64,000 bases of DNA from Octopus sinensis. Lineage: Eukaryota. This document shows, piece after piece, positions 12,762 through 26,794 of the stretch (the first letter of the stretch is position 1; each line of letters starts with the position of its first letter). A model generated the notes under the pieces. The model saw only the letters and a list, made by a program, of their open reading frames with translations. It was not told where the DNA came from and ran no database searches. The translations under genes were made by a program, and so were the position numbers. The stretch lies in assembly GCF_006345805.1 (NCBI RefSeq), contig NC_042998.1, forward strand, positions 81,592,001 to 81,656,000, read 5' to 3'.

Positions 12762-13265
12762 AATATCGAGGTCCTAATTCTTTACATGACAAAATGCTCT
12801 AAAGATTTGCAAAACCTGAAATTGGATAGGACATGCTGGGAGAGACTTAATATCTTTTGTGTACAGGGGTTTATTGAGACGGAAGGTTGTAGATTCTTTT
12901 TCTTATTGAAGTGCGATAAATTCAAAACGTTCTTTTTATATTTCACGTAGGCAACCACTTGTTTCCAGGAATGCGAATTAGAATACAAGAGTTAAGGAAT
13001 GGGGTAGATAAGATTGGTGCTACATGTGTTTCATAGCGAGATGAAACTCAGGTGTGGTAAATCCAAGCGAAGTGTATACCACTGGCTACACGCCAGGCCA
13101 AGGATATTTTGATTAAATGCAAGTTTAGATTGTCGCAAACACATGGAAAATTCAATCAGAATATCGAGGCCCTAATTCTTTTTATAACAAAATGCACTAA
13201 AGGTTTGCTAAACCTGAAATTGGATTGAATATGCTGGGAGAAACCTGCGAGCTTTTGAACACAGG
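12762..13265. repeat. Diverged ~100-bp direct repeat with ~400-bp spacing
   Basis: AATATCGAGG(T/C)CCTAATTCTTT...AAACCTGAAATTGGAT...ATGCTGGGAGA at ~12762 and ~13160. Confidence 0.7.
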
Positions 13266-14035
13266 TGTAACTCACAGGAGGGACATTTTTGTGTGTGTGT
13301 TTGCATGCTTGTGTGTGCCCGTTTCATATATATATACATACATACATACATACATACATACATACATACATACATACATACATACATACATACATAATAC
13401 ATACATACATACATACAAATACATTTACATTTAAGAGTGTCGATGTTACAATGCAATAAAATCTCTTATTGAAACAACTGTAGCAACACCATATTATCCA
13501 TTGGTTTGTTTTTATTGCTTTATACATACTTTTAATATCACTAAATGTAGTCCGTCGATTACAACGACAGGGATTCCATTTGATCTGTTCAACGGAAAAA
13601 ACCTGCTCGTGAAACGAGCATCCAAGTGACTGAGCACTCCACAGAAAAGCGTAACCTTAACGTCGCTCCCGAGGAATGTAGATACTATTCATTTTTGCTG
13701 ATTGAGTAGACTGGAGTAACGTGAATCACATTGTCTTGCTCAAAGACACAAATCGCCGCCGGTTGTCGAATTCACAACCTTACGATGGTGAACTAAAACA
13801 TTGAATAACGTTCTATAGACTAATAAGCAGTTCAGTTGCAAGTAGCTGGATGCAAATGCAATTGTGAAATGTCTATCCACAGAAACGTGTGTCGGAAGCA
13901 TCTGAAGCAAATAAGCGATGTAATTGATCGTAGAAATGCAAAGTACGGAGATGTCCATTTCTCTGTATTCTTCGATATAAACACCCGCTTTGATACTTTA
14001 TTCCTATCTATTCATTACATACGTACATACGCATA

Positions 14036-14261
14036 TATTATTTCTTTACTGCCCACAAGGGGCTACACACAGTGGGGACAAACAAGGACAGACAAAACGG
14101 ATTAAGTCGATTATATCGACCCCAGTGCGTAACTGGTACTTATTTAATCGACCCCAAAAGGATGAAAGGCAAAATCGACCTCGGCGGAATTTGAACACAG
14201 AATGTGGCGGCAGACGAAATACCGCAAAGCATTTCGTCTGGTGTGCTAACGTTTCTGCCAG
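14036..14261 (-). mobile_element. SINE family A copy
   Basis: Reverse complement matches 14636-14856. Confidence 0.85.
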
Positions 14262-14431
14262 ATATATGATATGTGACATACATATGTATGTGTGTATATA
14301 TAGATACATACACACATACATACATACATACATACATACATACATACATACATACATACATACATACATTCATACATACATACATACATACATACATTCA
14401 TACATACATACATAATACATACATACATACA

Positions 14432-14462
<31 letters not shown>

Positions 14463-14623
14463 GTATATCAAAATAGTTTGATTCAAACTGACTGGCAATC
14501 TGAGATTCAAACGTATCGCTAGTTTTCGGCCGTTACAGCTACTGAATGCAATGTGTCTCTTCCTAATTTAAGACAATAGAATATGATTTGACGAAAATTT
14601 CATTGCTATACCTAGCAGGTTGA

Positions 14624-14856
14624 AAGGCGGCGAGCTGGCAGAAACGTTAGCGCACCGGGCGAAATGCTTAGCGGTATTTCGTCTGACGTTACGTTCTGAG
14701 TTCAAATTCCGCCGTGGTAGACTTTGCCTTTCATCCTTTCGGGGTCGATAAATAAAGTACCAGTTTCGCACTGGGGTCGATGTAATCGACTTGATCCGTT
14801 TGTCTGTCCTTGTTTGTCCCCTCTATGTTTAGCCCCTTGTGGATAGTAAAGAAATA
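14624..14856 (+). mobile_element. SINE family A, full length, with 17-bp target-site duplication
   Basis: GGCGGCGAGCTGGCAGAAACGTTAGC...GAGTTCAAATTCC (B-box-like)...GGGGTCGAT... TSD TATACCTAGCAGGTTGA at 14607-14623 and 14857-14873. Confidence 0.9.
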
Positions 14857-15191
14857 TATACCTAGCAGGTTGACACCTCTACTGAAGATCTCCTCATGTC
14901 AGCTTGAAGTAGACTTTGTTTTATATTCTCAAATCAGCCGTAATCGAACAAAGCATAGGTGTTCCGTGCGTGACAATCCCGCCGTGTTCATAATAACATT
15001 TAATACGCTAGGCTCCGATAATGAGAGACTACGCTGGTTTTATCGAAACGAAATAAACGAACGACTAATTGTTAGTCGTCTCTACCAATAAATGATTCAC
15101 ATTCTCACCCTCTTCTTTCTCCTGTCTTAATCTTTGATATAATCAAAGTAAGAATTTTAACTACAGCGGTTTCGTCCATTACAACAAAGGG

Positions 15192-15267
<76 letters not shown>

Positions 15268-15269
15268 AG

Positions 15270-15314
<45 letters not shown>

Positions 15315-15318
15315 TATA

Positions 15319-15366
<48 letters not shown>

Positions 15367-15456
15367 GTATGTATGTATATATATAAATCTATATATATAT
15401 AAGAGCATGTGTGTGGTTTGTGTGCTTATGTGTTTTTTACGTGTTTCTATATATGT

Positions 15457-15496
<40 letters not shown>

Positions 15497-15502
<6 letters not shown>

Positions 15503-15821
15503 GTGAAATAGAAAGATGAATAATCTTGTAGTAGATTAATCAAAAGTTTAACCGATACCTTAGTAGCAAAAATCACAGCAGTAAACAGCACGGTTGGAGG
15601 TACAACCATCTGGCGTTGCAACCGTGCGTTGGTGCGGATAATTGAAATTAAAACATTATTGGTGAATTGAAGAAATTCACCCTGAAGAGAAAGACACAAT
15701 ATGGTCCCATTATTCAATCGGATTTTGGTAATTTGTGCCTTTCGAAACACGTGTAGAATGAAATAAAACGATTTCTGTTCAATCTGCGTTCAGCTTCATT
15801 TCTTCAATTCACCAATAATGT

Positions 15822-15822
<1 letters not shown>
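15497..15822 (+). mobile_element. Non-coding HHR-bearing PLE-like element within (TA)n
   Basis: Bounded by TA tracts. A 24-bp inverted repeat ACATTATTGGTGAATTGAAGAAAT (~15652-15675, ~15799-15821) encloses the HHR. Confidence 0.65.
15674..15764 (+). ncRNA. Type I hammerhead ribozyme (intact core, weakened stem I)
   Basis: CUGAAGA (15682-15688), stem II GAAAGACACAA/UUGUGCCUUUC, GAAA, C-ACGU-G, UA. Confidence 0.75.
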
Positions 15823-15853
<31 letters not shown>

Positions 15854-17716
15854 TATATACATATATATATATATGTATATATATAGAGAGAGATGTATAT
15901 AAATGTTTATAGATGTATATAGATGTATATATATACATCTAAATACATATATATACATCTATATACATCTATATATATATATAAATCTTCATGTAATTAC
16001 GTTAATATGATCAAACACTATCTTCAAAAATATAGTCCAACATCATTCATAGCTGCTAACATGATAGCAGGATTAACTCTTCTTCAAATGCTGTCGCACT
16101 GGACTTGCCTCTCGTCTTTAAGGAGTCAATAAAATATAGCCAGTTGAGCGCTAGGGTCGATGTAATCGACCAGCTGCTCCTCGCAAAATTTCAGGCATTA
16201 TCCCTAAGAAGAAAGGATTAAGGATGAAAGTTTGGCCTTGAATTCCTCTGTTATTGCCTTGGCGTTGAGTATCACTAATACGCAGGTAACATTCCCGTTG
16301 TTAAATTAAATAGATAAATAATTAAATTACGATCAATTAAACGCTTGCATTTGTTACAAATACCTTGCTAATTATCTTTCAAACATTACGTCATAAGCAA
16401 AATAGTGACAAAGATCATTTATAAGGTGTTCGTATTTGTTTGATATGTTGTTTATATTGCTTTCCAAAATTCTATTTATTCATACTCTTAATTACATAAT
16501 TACATTAGTCTTTCGAGTAGAGAAGACCTGGAGTAGATATTTTTTACATATCGTTATCACCAAAATTACTCAATAATATTAATAAGTATGTAGGACGCTA
16601 AATAATTTCGTCATTGAATCGTGATGAACATTTAATATAATTGTTTTGGTGACTCCATTATTAAATTAGTTTGCGCATTTAGCTCTGTCCGTTTGTCACT
16701 ACTCTTGCTTGGAGAGTTACCGCATGTTATAGTGATAAAGGACTAACAATCGAGAATATATACAGAGAGATACTTAGGGAATATCTAAAGTGCTTTAAAG
16801 AAACTTTTATTTCGTAAGCTATTGCATTTACAGTCAGTTAGATTGCTCATGTTTTTCTTGCTTTATAATGGTAGTTTCGTTTGGATTACTATAATGAGTT
16901 ACTATGATATAATCGCAGCTTCTGGTTTTTGTGTGTCTGTACCATATCTGTAGTATATATTTGGCTTAGCGTCTTTGTACCATGCATACATCTTTACTTC
17001 ACAATTACATGCAGAGTGTGTTTTAGTGAATGTATATATTCGTTGTGTGTTTATGTGAACGTATGAATTTGTTACGGTCGCCGATAGTGCTAGCTCATGT
17101 GATATCAGTCTGCTATGGATTTCCCAATGATGGATGTCCATCAGCACGATAGCAGTCAAACTTCACGTCAACTATATATAGAATCTCAGTGCCTATTCAG
17201 GTACTATTTTAGCACAGTCGACTATTCTCGAGTTCTTACAAGAAATCCTCTCAAGGTAAACAACACAGTAATTTGTGTTATGATACAAACTCCACGTTAG
17301 GTCGGAGATTAAGATTACGTACTAGTTTAGATGTATCTTTACTCGATTTAGAGTTGAGGTATCTCAACCAGACCTGGAAAAGGATTACTTTATAAGTAAT
17401 TACAGATGTGAACGAAAATAAATATTGACTCATCAGAAGAGTGTTGAAGAAAAGTATCGAAAAAGCCAATTTTTTCGTGATAATCACAGATTTTAACTAA
17501 TTTAGTTGTACATCTCCCCCGGCAAATATATAGCCTAATTTTTTCAAAGTTTGAAAATTTTGTCGCCTTCTAGGAAATTAATTCTGCTGTTCAACATAAC
17601 CGAGGGCATTTTCCCCAACAATTCATCTACCATTTATAACAATTCTAATTTATTTGGAGTTACCACTACTATTCCAGTCTTTTCAAACTTTCCAGCAGCA
17701 GTTAATGAACTTCACC

Positions 17717-17793
17717 TCTTCTTCTTCTTCTTCTTCTTCTTCTGCACCCTCCTCTTCCTCCTCCTCCTCCCCTTCCTCATCCTCTTTCACATT

Positions 17794-17838
<45 letters not shown>

Positions 17839-17900
17839 CTTCTTCTTCTTCTTCTTCTTCTTCTTCTTCTTCTTCTTCTTCTTCTTCTCCTTCTTCCACT
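17717..17900. repeat. Compound trinucleotide microsatellite (CTT/CCT/GTT)
   Basis: Read directly. Confidence 0.95.
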
Positions 17901-18264
17901 TCTTTATTTCTGTAGCCCAACGTGGAGGATAGGATAACGGAAAGCGATACCTATCTGTCTTGTGTTCATTACTGCTTAGAAAAGTAAGATCTCGTTCGGA
18001 TGAGCACCACTAAAAAGACATCGAAAGTCTTACATTTATTCATTTATCGCAGTACAAACTGTTAACTCTGATCCATAGTGAACAAAACTGCCCAGAACGT
18101 TCAAATCCGTCACTATTTCAGTCATTTGACAATGTTGATATGAATGTCTGTCACTTCAGAAATATGATTAGAAAACAAAAAACTGGAAATTTGATATTTA
18201 TATATCATGCAATAAAACTTTTTAAAATATTTCTTTGATCGTCTCTAAATTCACATAGTCGCAA

Positions 18265-18650
18265 GCGTAGCACTGAAGTAAGGAGTTCGCTTCCCAACTA
18301 CATGGATGTGGGTTCAGTCCCAATGCATCACATCTTAGGCAAGTGTTTAGCAAAAGTCCTGGTCCGGCCAAAGTCTTATCAGTGGATATGGCAGACGGAA
18401 ACTGAATGAAGTCCGTTTTGCATATCTATGTATATATTTTTGTCTGTGTATGTGTGTGTATGTGTCTTTATATTTGTGTTTATCCACCTCTACTTGTTGG
18501 CGGTGTTAATTTGTTTACAGTCTCGTAACTTGACGGTTCGACAAAAGGAAATTGGTGGATTAAGTATCATGCTTAAACATGTAAGTATTGGGGGCGATTT
18601 GTTCGACTAAAATCTTGAAATCGGTGCTCCAGCAAGACCGCAGTTCAATA
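18265..18650 (+). mobile_element. SINE family B, decayed
   Basis: Collinear with 60956-61360 (GGGTTCAGTCCCA, GGCAAGTGT, GACGGAAACTGAA, GATTTGTTCGACTAAA). Confidence 0.7.
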
Positions 18651-19109
18651 ATTGTATATTGTATATTGGCCAACGTGACAGATGTACTGAAGACGTTCGC
18701 TTCCCAAGCATGTCGCTGGAGGTTTGGGCCTATTATTACCTGGTATTTGTGCAAGTGCCAACTGCCAAACACCCATCACATCGATGATGGCATTTGACGT
18801 ACAAGAACAATGAAATAAATATCAGGTCGATTATTGGAGTCGATATAATTGTCTAAGATCCTTCAAGTTGGAACCTTAGTTTGGCAGCAGTCCAGTTATT
18901 GAAACCAAAAAAAGATGAAACACAAAAATATTCTCAAAGAATCAAAATCATTTGCTAAATAATATGAACACGTTACACGTTGAGGTCAACCCTTGTATAA
19001 TTTGGACTTATTCCATCTAGAGTGTCTACAGTATAATATACGTAAAAATTGGAGACAGTATTTGATAAGCTAAACATATTTGATAATACTCCAATCGACA
19101 TTCTGAAGA

Positions 19110-19213
<104 letters not shown>

Positions 19214-20510
19214 GTCTGTCTATCTATCTATCTGTTTATCTCTCTCTCTATATATATAAATATAGGGTTGGTATTATTAAAATACCGTCACGAGTGGCAA
19301 GCGAATTATCAGCGGTACAGGCAAATTAATAAAATATATATATACAATATTAGACATGTACATATATACACAAGGGCACTCCATGAGCACCTACATCGCT
19401 AAAAATTAGAAGTCAAAAATACTTTTGTACCACCGAATAGTCACAAATTTACTACAGACATGATAGGAAAAAATATCAGTCAACAATAATAACGCCTTAC
19501 CTCTACTATGTCAGAACAAGTAAATACTGGTCAACTTAGTACCGATACTAAGTTGACCTGTAACATACTTTTCTTTTCGATGCCTAAGTAGTTTGTGTGC
19601 ATACTCTCGATCATCCACGAATCGAGGAAGAGGCAGATGAAGTGAAAGGAATAAACTACCACTGGACGGGGTTACGTTTGTTCCTAAACATATTGGAAAG
19701 ACGGCAAATAAAGTGCTTTGCTTATGGACAACCTCATGGAATAGAGCCCATAAATTTACTGTCGGAAACAAAGAACCTTAATCACAAGGCCTCACACTTT
19801 CACACACATACATACACGCACAAACACACCACACACACACACACTTACACACACACACACACTTACACACACACACACACACACAACACAACACGCGTGT
19901 ATGTGGCATATGTGGATACATCTATGTGTGTGTACGTATTTGTGTATAGATTAATAAAATGAAAGATAATGGTCCATACCCAAATCATATGGATAAATAA
20001 GGCCGGTTTACGAGTTTTCTGGCGTGTGTAAAATAGAACCGAATGCTGCAGATTATTCATTTTTGTCTGGTATGTGGAATGAGGTTACATGGAACGAAGT
20101 GTTTTGCTCAAGCGCACAATGCATCGCCCAATCCAGGAATCGAAGACACAATCTTACGATTCTGGAGACGAGCACCCTAACCGTGCCTCCACTACTACAC
20201 ACAGACAGAAAAGCACACCCACACATATGTATGTGTGTGTGTACACAAACACACAGACAGATACATAGTTATAGACATAGTATATATGTATTCTGAGATA
20301 TTTGTATAATAATACTTAGATTTTCGAAAGCTGTGCGTGTCGATTGATTAGTTGATATTATATAGATACATTTCTATCAAAATTTAATAGAAATGAACAT
20401 CAACATTTTAAAAGTGTCCCTCTTGCTTTGATATCTTCGTATATAACATTACACTCAAGTCGTTATTTTTGTATGAGTGGGAAGTATATATATGTATATA
20501 TATATATATA

Positions 20511-20566
<56 letters not shown>

Positions 20567-20568
20567 GG

Positions 20569-20619
<51 letters not shown>

Positions 20620-22494
20620 CGTTAACGCTATACAAATGTAATATCAGGAATAGTCAGGCTATATGGTATTCAAAAATAAATTTGAAGTAAAATTATTTTA
20701 GCGATAGTAGTATAGTTGTAGTTTACTTGATTAGGTTTATAATGGCAGAATATAAACTGGATAACGTTATTAGCAGAGTGAAATAGTTTTATCTATAATT
20801 ATGAATATCCAATTACTTTCTGATATCACATTATTTCTTCAATTTTGCTTCAGTTTTACAAATGTTATCTTCAATATCTGATGATTTGTTAAGGAAATTT
20901 TTTCAGCTATTTGAAACGTTTCACATAAGTTTGTTACTTTAATCTTTTAATCAAATGGAAATTCTCAATCATAAATATTTCAAATATATAGCAAACAGAA
21001 ATGTAAGCTATACTAAATTTGCTTTACTGTTGCTCACCCCGAGTTTGTTTAGTCTTTTTACTGTTGTTTAGCGATATTTCGAATGATGGAAACTTCAAAT
21101 AGTCTTTAGGGATAAACTTAATTTATTATGCTTGTAACTTGATTATTCATTGCATACATTATCTTCTAACAACGTCACTTCCATTAAATGCAGCTAATGT
21201 TTTAGGAACATTAAGAACGTTGGAATGTTTATGTAAATATCTGTATAACATGAATTGATTTAATGATTCGGGTTAGGAAAAAAAACAGAACAATATTGTG
21301 AGTAGAAATATATAATATCGTTAGTGAATCTTTGAGTAGTTACTAAGTTATGTGAATTTCTGTTCGTGAATTGAGACATTAATTTTGAATAACAATGAGA
21401 CTGAATCTATCTCCGGTTTCCATAAATTTATTTTGATAGATTACAAATCTTTCTTTGAATAGGATGGTAAAGATCATAGTTAACTTTACGTTAGTTAGTT
21501 GTTGAAAAAATTAGAGTCGTCAATTCTCGGCTGTTATTGCTGCCACAGTACCCACAACAGTTACTTAAAATTTGAATTCTGCAGTTGGTATTGAATTTCC
21601 ATGTTCGTGCATCAGACAAATGTGATCGACTAATACTCGTCGGCTTATCTAGTACATCGTGCACTCGACAGTCTTCAATATTATGTACCGTTAGTGAAAA
21701 TGTGAGCAGGTAATAAAATATTTGAACGTTGATAGCTGTACGCATTTATATATTGTTCAGAAAACTCATTATTAAATTATGGGGCTATGATAAGTATGGA
21801 AATGCTTTTAAAGTGAGTTGAGTTGGATTTATATGGAAGAATATTCAGAGGAGCATTATACTGTAATATAACACTCGTTATGGAAGCGAATAAGGGTCCT
21901 TATTCTAGAAGTATTTGATAAATAGCGAAATCTGTTGTTACTTAGATGGCTACTGAAAATACAGTTGTGCATGAAAACTATAGCTGTTCAGTCTACAGTT
22001 GAAAACAATTAAGTTTATTCTTAGTTTTTACTAAATATAGTAAATTTCATTCATAATTACATCGATCAGTAGCTTTCATTGAGAGATAATCAGCATTATT
22101 AGATTAAAGCACAGATGGAATTAGTCTTTGTCTTTTCGAACCACAACAGTAGGGCAAATAAAATAGCTACAACTACCAAGGAAAAATAATTAAATGATTT
22201 TTTTTTTGCCGGCTGCGAGTTACTTATGATTTGTCACTCGCCATTTTTGAAAACATACACGCTTGAATGATTACATAATACTTACAAACTCACATAAATG
22301 CATACACATAGACAGGCATACATACACCCAAACATACATACATACATACATACACACACTTACATATATACACACACATACTTACATACATACATGCATA
22401 CATACATACATGATAATTGCTTAATCTTGCCAAATGATAGCCGTCTCATTAACACACATATCACACTCCATCATACAGCACAATCCCTCCGTCG

Positions 22495-22955
22495 GTGAGC
22501 CCTCAAATGACTTTAAGACCAGCTGTTGACTGATGGTTTAAAACACAAGTAATAGATATTATTCTAGTTTTTTTCTATATCTTTGCTCTTTGGAATCTGA
22601 TTCTGAATTAATGCTTTTGTGAACTAGCCTATGTCTTTTAAGTCCAAATATTGTCTTACAAGTTTTGTGACATATGACACAAGCTGTAAGAAGTCGTCGG
22701 GTTTCACGATTATTACTCACATGGGCATTTCGATTTTCATGTAACTCCATATGATTCACGTATCCTGCTTTTGACAAAAGAACACGATCACACATAATAC
22801 ATATCCGGTTTTCACAGTTGAGTTCAGTTCCAATTATACCTTTTCAATAGGCCCTTTTAAGCTCAGAGTGCTGAATCATCTTTTCGGCCCAGGCGTTGCA
22901 ACCAGCCCTAACAACACCTCTCCACTTGTTCCGATCCAGAACATCAAATTCCCAA
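22495..22955 (-). mobile_element. RTE-clade LINE 3' fragment
   Basis: WEFDVLDRNKWRGVVRAG..E.KR, followed by two C2H2-like motifs (CDRVLLSKAGYVNHMELH; CVICHKTCKTIFGLKRHRLVH). Confidence 0.7.
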
Positions 22956-23789
22956 TGCATACACACATACATAGATACACATACACACGTATTTAAGGTC
23001 ACAGGCAGATTGTCTATGTAATAAAAAGAAGGTAAATTTATATTTAGAACATATCGCTTAACGGTTAAATCATGATTACATAATGAAAACAGAATAGACA
23101 TGCTTAGATGACAATTCTCAATAACTCTGAAGATGAAAATTCTCAATATCTTTAGAGATGACAATTTTCAATATCTCTGGACCTACAGTAATTTGCCTTA
23201 CTATAATCAAATGGATCAGCAGGTAAAACTAATGGAGTTTCTATATGCTGTTGTAGAGTGGAAGAATTATTGAACATTTGTATTTTTCTGGAATATCGAA
23301 ACCAGCAAGAGCAAATATAATGTAACGCAGATGTAAGATGCGCTGCAACTTCATTGAGAAGCGATATCTGTCGATTAACAATGTCATTTTCAAACCGCTA
23401 TCTAACAACAGAAATTATTTATAGAGAATATCGGAAAAGCTGAGGTTTTCAAGAAGACAACAGAAAGGTCAGCCTTGCATCCTCCGGATACAATCGATCA
23501 CTTGTAGTATGAACATTTTAAAAGCATTTCAAAATCCTTCTATTTTAGTCGAAAGTAGTGACACGTAAAATGGATATATATGTGAATGTGCTTCATGTGA
23601 TAACGCTCAGATATAGAGAATGTCAATTAGAACATACACATATGCATGTAGGAATCTGTACAAACTCCACATGAACACACAAGGGAGTTTACTGATGACG
23701 ACAATTCAAACACGTCATATTATCTACTATTATCAGGTCCAAAGAAGCCCCGACATTGTATGAATGCATATATACATACACACACTTTC

Positions 23790-23949
23790 AGGTTCATACC
23801 TATTTTTGGAGAAGCTGGATACATACCAACACGTCTGGAGTAAAATATGGCTGAACTTGGATTCAAAGAACGCAAATCGTAGGTTACAAACGATCACGAT
23901 GCCTGGAACTATAAACATCTGCAAGACCTTCCTGAGATTTAAAAGTTGA
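23790..23949 (+). mobile_element. Small 3' fragment of a restriction-like-endonuclease LINE (same type as 27558-28110)
   Basis: RLQTITMPGTINICKTFLRF* resembles RLQIQSVTGNINICKSFQKF* at 27558. Confidence 0.55.
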
Positions 23950-24040
23950 TGGCTAAAAAATAAAAAAATGCTTTCCATCACAGTTTTGCTTCCAAGTAAG
24001 TGGTAGGTCAAAATTTACTGTAAATTAGAAAGAGAAAGAG

Positions 24041-24116
<76 letters not shown>

Positions 24117-24629
24117 CATACATACATACGTGCATACATACATACATGTAAAAGATATTGCTGGAATTTTCGCAACAAAACTTCTCGCAAGGAAATCATA
24201 GCACGCTGGATATCATTGTTCGGGACAGGTAAATAAATGTATGCACTCTCACGGACGTCAGCTGCTTGTGTACAATTCTTCTACTTTTCCTGTAGTTGCT
24301 GGTGGCTCTTCGTTTTGCTAAGAGTGTTCTTCTTGGACACGCAGTCGTCTAGAGTATTAATGTTTTTTGTTAACTTCCTTTCTCACAGAATCAATTTGAC
24401 TCTTCACGGATTCTGTTGAGTTAGTTGGCAGTTATTTACTAGGTTTGCCTTTTTGTCTTTTAACTTTTTAGCTTCCAGGACACCGCCCAGTAATTGCATG
24501 TGCGGATTGACAAAGGCATAACAAACAAATAAATTCGTTCTTTTTTCTTCCTAATTGAGTCAAGGTTCGAGGAAAATCCAGAGCTCTATAAGGTCTCTGT
24601 GACCAGCTTGTTCGACGGTGATCATGCTG

Positions 24630-24659
<30 letters not shown>

Positions 24660-24667
<8 letters not shown>

Positions 24668-25040
24668 AATGAAAGACGATAGATGGAATTTAGGAGAATT
24701 TATCATTAATCACAACAATTGTTTCGACACATCTAGTATCGTTCCCTCACTGGTGGGTCACTCAACAACTGATTCAGGGGCATCCGGCGGTGGAGATATA
24801 TCACAGCGGGTGTAAGATAGACACGACTCGTTAAAATAGCAGTTCTGCAATGTAACTTTTCGTTTTGTAGAAAGAAATACAGCTAGACGGAATAATTTTT
24901 TATATAGAAGAGCAAAAATAAAATAACAGACGGAAGAAAAGAAACGAACACGCAATACAGCTAGCTGTGTCTAACCAATTATCGTGATTAATGATAAATT
25001 CTCGATTATTCCCTCTTCCGTCTTTCATTAACCAATTCGT
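24660..25040 (-). mobile_element. Decayed HHR-bearing PLE-like element with inverted terminal copy (family shared with 48140-48450)
   Basis: Minus strand AGAUGUGUC-GAAAC-AAUU-GUU-GUGAU at ~24708-24735. 24961-25035 is an inverted diverged copy of 24662-24736. Flanked by TA tracts. Confidence 0.6.
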
Positions 25041-25227
25041 TTTATATAGGTATATATATCAATTCTTTTTGACAAATTCCTGATGGGAAATCGTGAGTTG
25101 AAACAGATAATGTTGTTTTTCACGATAGTCATTTAAGTTTTTATTTTTCTTGACAAAATAAACAGACACACAGTGTATATTTATTCACACGTTTATTATT
25201 GTTATTTTATTATTTTAACACCTGTCC

Positions 25228-25306
<79 letters not shown>

Positions 25307-25919
25307 GCACACACACATGATGAAATCGACCAGACTATCGGATGCTGCTATACATCGCTGATAAACAAGGCAGTTTGAATCGCCTTACCTTTCGAATGTT
25401 GCCACACCACTGGATAAGCAGTCAGGCAAACTTTCTACCCGGCAGGAAGATTTGTTCATTGTAAGGTTACCCATTGGCAGCTGAGTGGAGAGGAGCAACG
25501 TGGGGTAAAATATTTTGCTACGGGGAATCGAATAAGCAATTACCAGATTGTGAATGCAACACCCTAAATAACATTTTACAAGAAATATTATTACATACAT
25601 GTTTCCTCAGGAACACACAATCATGTGACTACATAATTGAAGATATAAATATTGAGGTCCATATATATATATACACATATATATGTATATGTAAATGTAT
25701 ACATTTGTTCTAATACCTTCATACACGCATACGCATAATTACTAGTGCGTTGTGAGTGTGCGTGTAAACGATACACATATAAGCTAATCACACATACATT
25801 CATATGTATATGCACACACACATACATATGTGTTTGTATGTATATATGTATGCGTATTACGCACACACACACTCACACACACACACGCACATGCACACAC
25901 AAAGATTATATTATATATT

Positions 25920-26305
25920 CTTGGCTGTGTGGTAAGTATCTTGCTTACCAACCACATTGTTCTGCGTTCAGTCCCACTGCATGGCACCTTGGGCAATTGT
26001 CTTCTACTATAGCCTCGGGCTTACCAATGGCTTGTGAGTGGATTTGATAGACGGAAACTGAATGAAGCCCGTCGTATATACATGTGTGTGTATGTTTGTA
26101 TATTTGTGTTTGTTCCCCCACCATCGCTTGACAACCGATATTGGTGTGTTTACACTCAAGTAACTTAGCGGCTCGACAAAAGATGCCGATAGAATAATTA
26201 CTAGACTTACAAAGAATAAGTCCTAAGGCCAATTTGTTCGACTAAATGTGTTGCTCCAGCAAGGCAGCAGTCAAATGACTGAAACGAACAAAAGAATAAA
26301 AGGAT
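25920..26305 (+). mobile_element. SINE family B
   Basis: Collinear with 60956-61360. Confidence 0.85.
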
Positions 26306-26671
26306 ATTAAATATGGTGTATATGAGAATCGATTGAAATCTCTAAATGTTTGTATGTTGTTGTAATGGTGACTTTAAATGGAATTTACGTAATTATAAAT
26401 CCCGTTACTTTAAAAGAAAATGAAATGAATGCTGAAGATCTCAGAAGTGTAACAGGCACCACACCAGTTACGACGATGTGTATTCCAGCTGTGTTTACAA
26501 GACTATAAAATAGCGGTTCGGTCAAAATAACCGATAGAATAAGTACCAGGCTGGAGTCGATTCGTTCTACTAAAATTCTTCTAGGCGATGCCCCACTATT
26601 GCTGTAGTGTAATGACTGAAAAAAGTAAAAGATACAAGATACATACATACGTACGTACCTAACACACACAC

Positions 26672-26706
<35 letters not shown>

Positions 26707-26751
26707 AAATTTATACATATATATGTGTATTCATATACATATATATATATA

Positions 26752-26794
<43 letters not shown>

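Noticed and set aside
17360-17440. Minus-strand CTGATGAGTCAA motif
   Set aside because: No downstream GAAA with matching stems; consistent with chance.
17551-17937. ORF with a long hydrophobic poly-V/L stretch resembling a membrane protein
   Set aside because: Product of GTT/CTT trinucleotide repeats.
21491-21745. Repeat-free ORF with nearby splice-donor-like sites
   Set aside because: No recognisable domain in the frames examined; an exon cannot be supported without RNA or homology data.
23692-23720. CTGATGACGACAATTCAAACACGTC, hammerhead-like
   Set aside because: No GAAA, no convincing stem I or II, and no PLE context.
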